DNA of 37,091 bases from an uncultured Burkholderiaceae bacterium. GTDB taxonomy: Bacteria; Pseudomonadota; Gammaproteobacteria; Burkholderiales; Burkholderiaceae_E. Of this stretch, positions 36,649-37,091 are shown one piece after another (within the stretch, counting starts at the first letter, position 1; each line of letters starts with the position of its first letter). A model generated the notes under the pieces. It worked only from the letters and a program-made list of their open reading frames with translations. It searched no databases and was not told where the DNA came from. The stretch spans positions 1 to 37,091 of the forward strand of contig CAYGZN010000002.1 of the NCBI GenBank assembly GCA_964354355.1, given 5' to 3'. The position numbers and the translations under genes were made by a program.

Positions 36649-37091
36649 TCAGGGCGCGTCGGCTGCCGCAGGGCGGCGGATCGTCACCACCACCAGCGTC
36701 ACCACGGTCAGCGGCACGACAAAGCCCAACATCACCCCCGAAAAGGCCCTCAGCCCATCGTGCTGCTGGGCGGCAAGGATCAGGTAGGCCACGTAGGCGA
36801 CGTAGTAGCCGAGGAAGACGCCGCCTTCCCAGCGCGCGATCTCGCGGCCGGTCACGAAGACCGGCAGGCACGCCAGCGCCACCGCCAGCATGACCCAGAT
36901 GTCGAAGTTCAGCACCGACGGCGCCACCACCAGGCCGAGGTCGCCCGACACCAGGCCCGACAGGCCCAGGCAGCCCAGAATGTTGAAGGTGTTGCTGCCG
37001 ACCACGTTGCCCACCGCGATGTCGCGTTCGCCCTTGATCGCGGCGGCGATGCTGGTGGCCACCTCGGGCATGCTGGTGCCGGCGGCGACGA
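36649..37091 (-). CDS. Sodium/calcium antiporter, CaCA (YrbG-like) family, C-terminal part (partial, runs off the right edge)
   Basis: The frame is open to the window edge (VAAGTSMPEVATSIAAAIKGERDIAVGNVVGSNTFNIL...). GTSxPE...GNxxGSNxFN is the alpha-2 repeat of Na_Ca_ex proteins, and three further TM helices follow. Confidence 0.8.
   Translation of the reverse strand, partial: VAAGTSMPEVATSIAAAIKGERDIAVGNVVGSNTFNILGCLGLSGLVSGDLGLVVAPSVLNFDIWVMLAVALACLPVFVTGREIARWEGGVFLGYYVAYVAYLILAAQQHDGLRAFSGVMLGFVVPLTVVTLVVVTIRRPAAADAP

Overview
This is a very GC-rich window; third codon positions are almost all G/C. The gene content looks like a chromosomal, metabolism-dominated segment of a Burkholderiales-type betaproteobacterium. 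That placement is an inference from Bug-family binding proteins, a yciB-bolA-ppiC block and many acyl-CoA enzymes. I can support about 36 protein-coding genes.

Gene content in window order:
- 1-7.6 kb, minus strand: a seven-gene collinear lipid/beta-oxidation block. It holds an acyl-CoA ligase, a FadB-like bifunctional enzyme, a thiolase, an SDR, a PaaI thioesterase, an MDR enone reductase and a partial desaturase.
- 7.7-11.6 kb: housekeeping genes selO, yciB, a BolA-family gene, a parvulin PPIase and tadA.
- 11.6-15.9 kb: a MarR-controlled aromatic-type hydroxylase cluster. It holds a VOC protein, an FAD monooxygenase, a 64-aa partner protein and an acyl-CoA dehydrogenase.
- 16-19.8 kb: a crotonase, then an MFS transporter, a GST and a YghU-type GST.
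- 20-22.2 kb: a Ca2+/H+ antiporter and an AI-2E family transporter.
- 22.2-30.7 kb: an accessory-looking stretch. It holds a small PLDc_N-SHOCT membrane protein, an orphan cytochrome P450, secreted proteins of unknown function, a P2-type cation ATPase, a truncated plus an intact acyl-CoA dehydrogenase, and a collapsed CoA-transferase.
- 30.6-36.5 kb: a TetR/nitroreductase pair placed divergently from two tandem TauD/TfdA dioxygenases, a Bug binding protein and a crotonase.
- Right edge: a partial Na+/Ca2+ (CaCA) antiporter.

I see no rRNA, tRNA, CRISPR array, transposase, integrase or recognisable defence or toxin module. I cannot point to a convincing new 'system'.

The most interesting features are:
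- gene-decay lesions concentrated around the P-type ATPase;
- the uncharacterised TetR-gated tandem-TauD cluster;
- the monooxygenase plus tiny-partner plus VOC cluster with a symmetric divergent promoter/operator;
- the lower-GC PLDc_N-SHOCT gene.

Many very long ORFs in the track are antisense artefacts of the GC-rich coding sequence.
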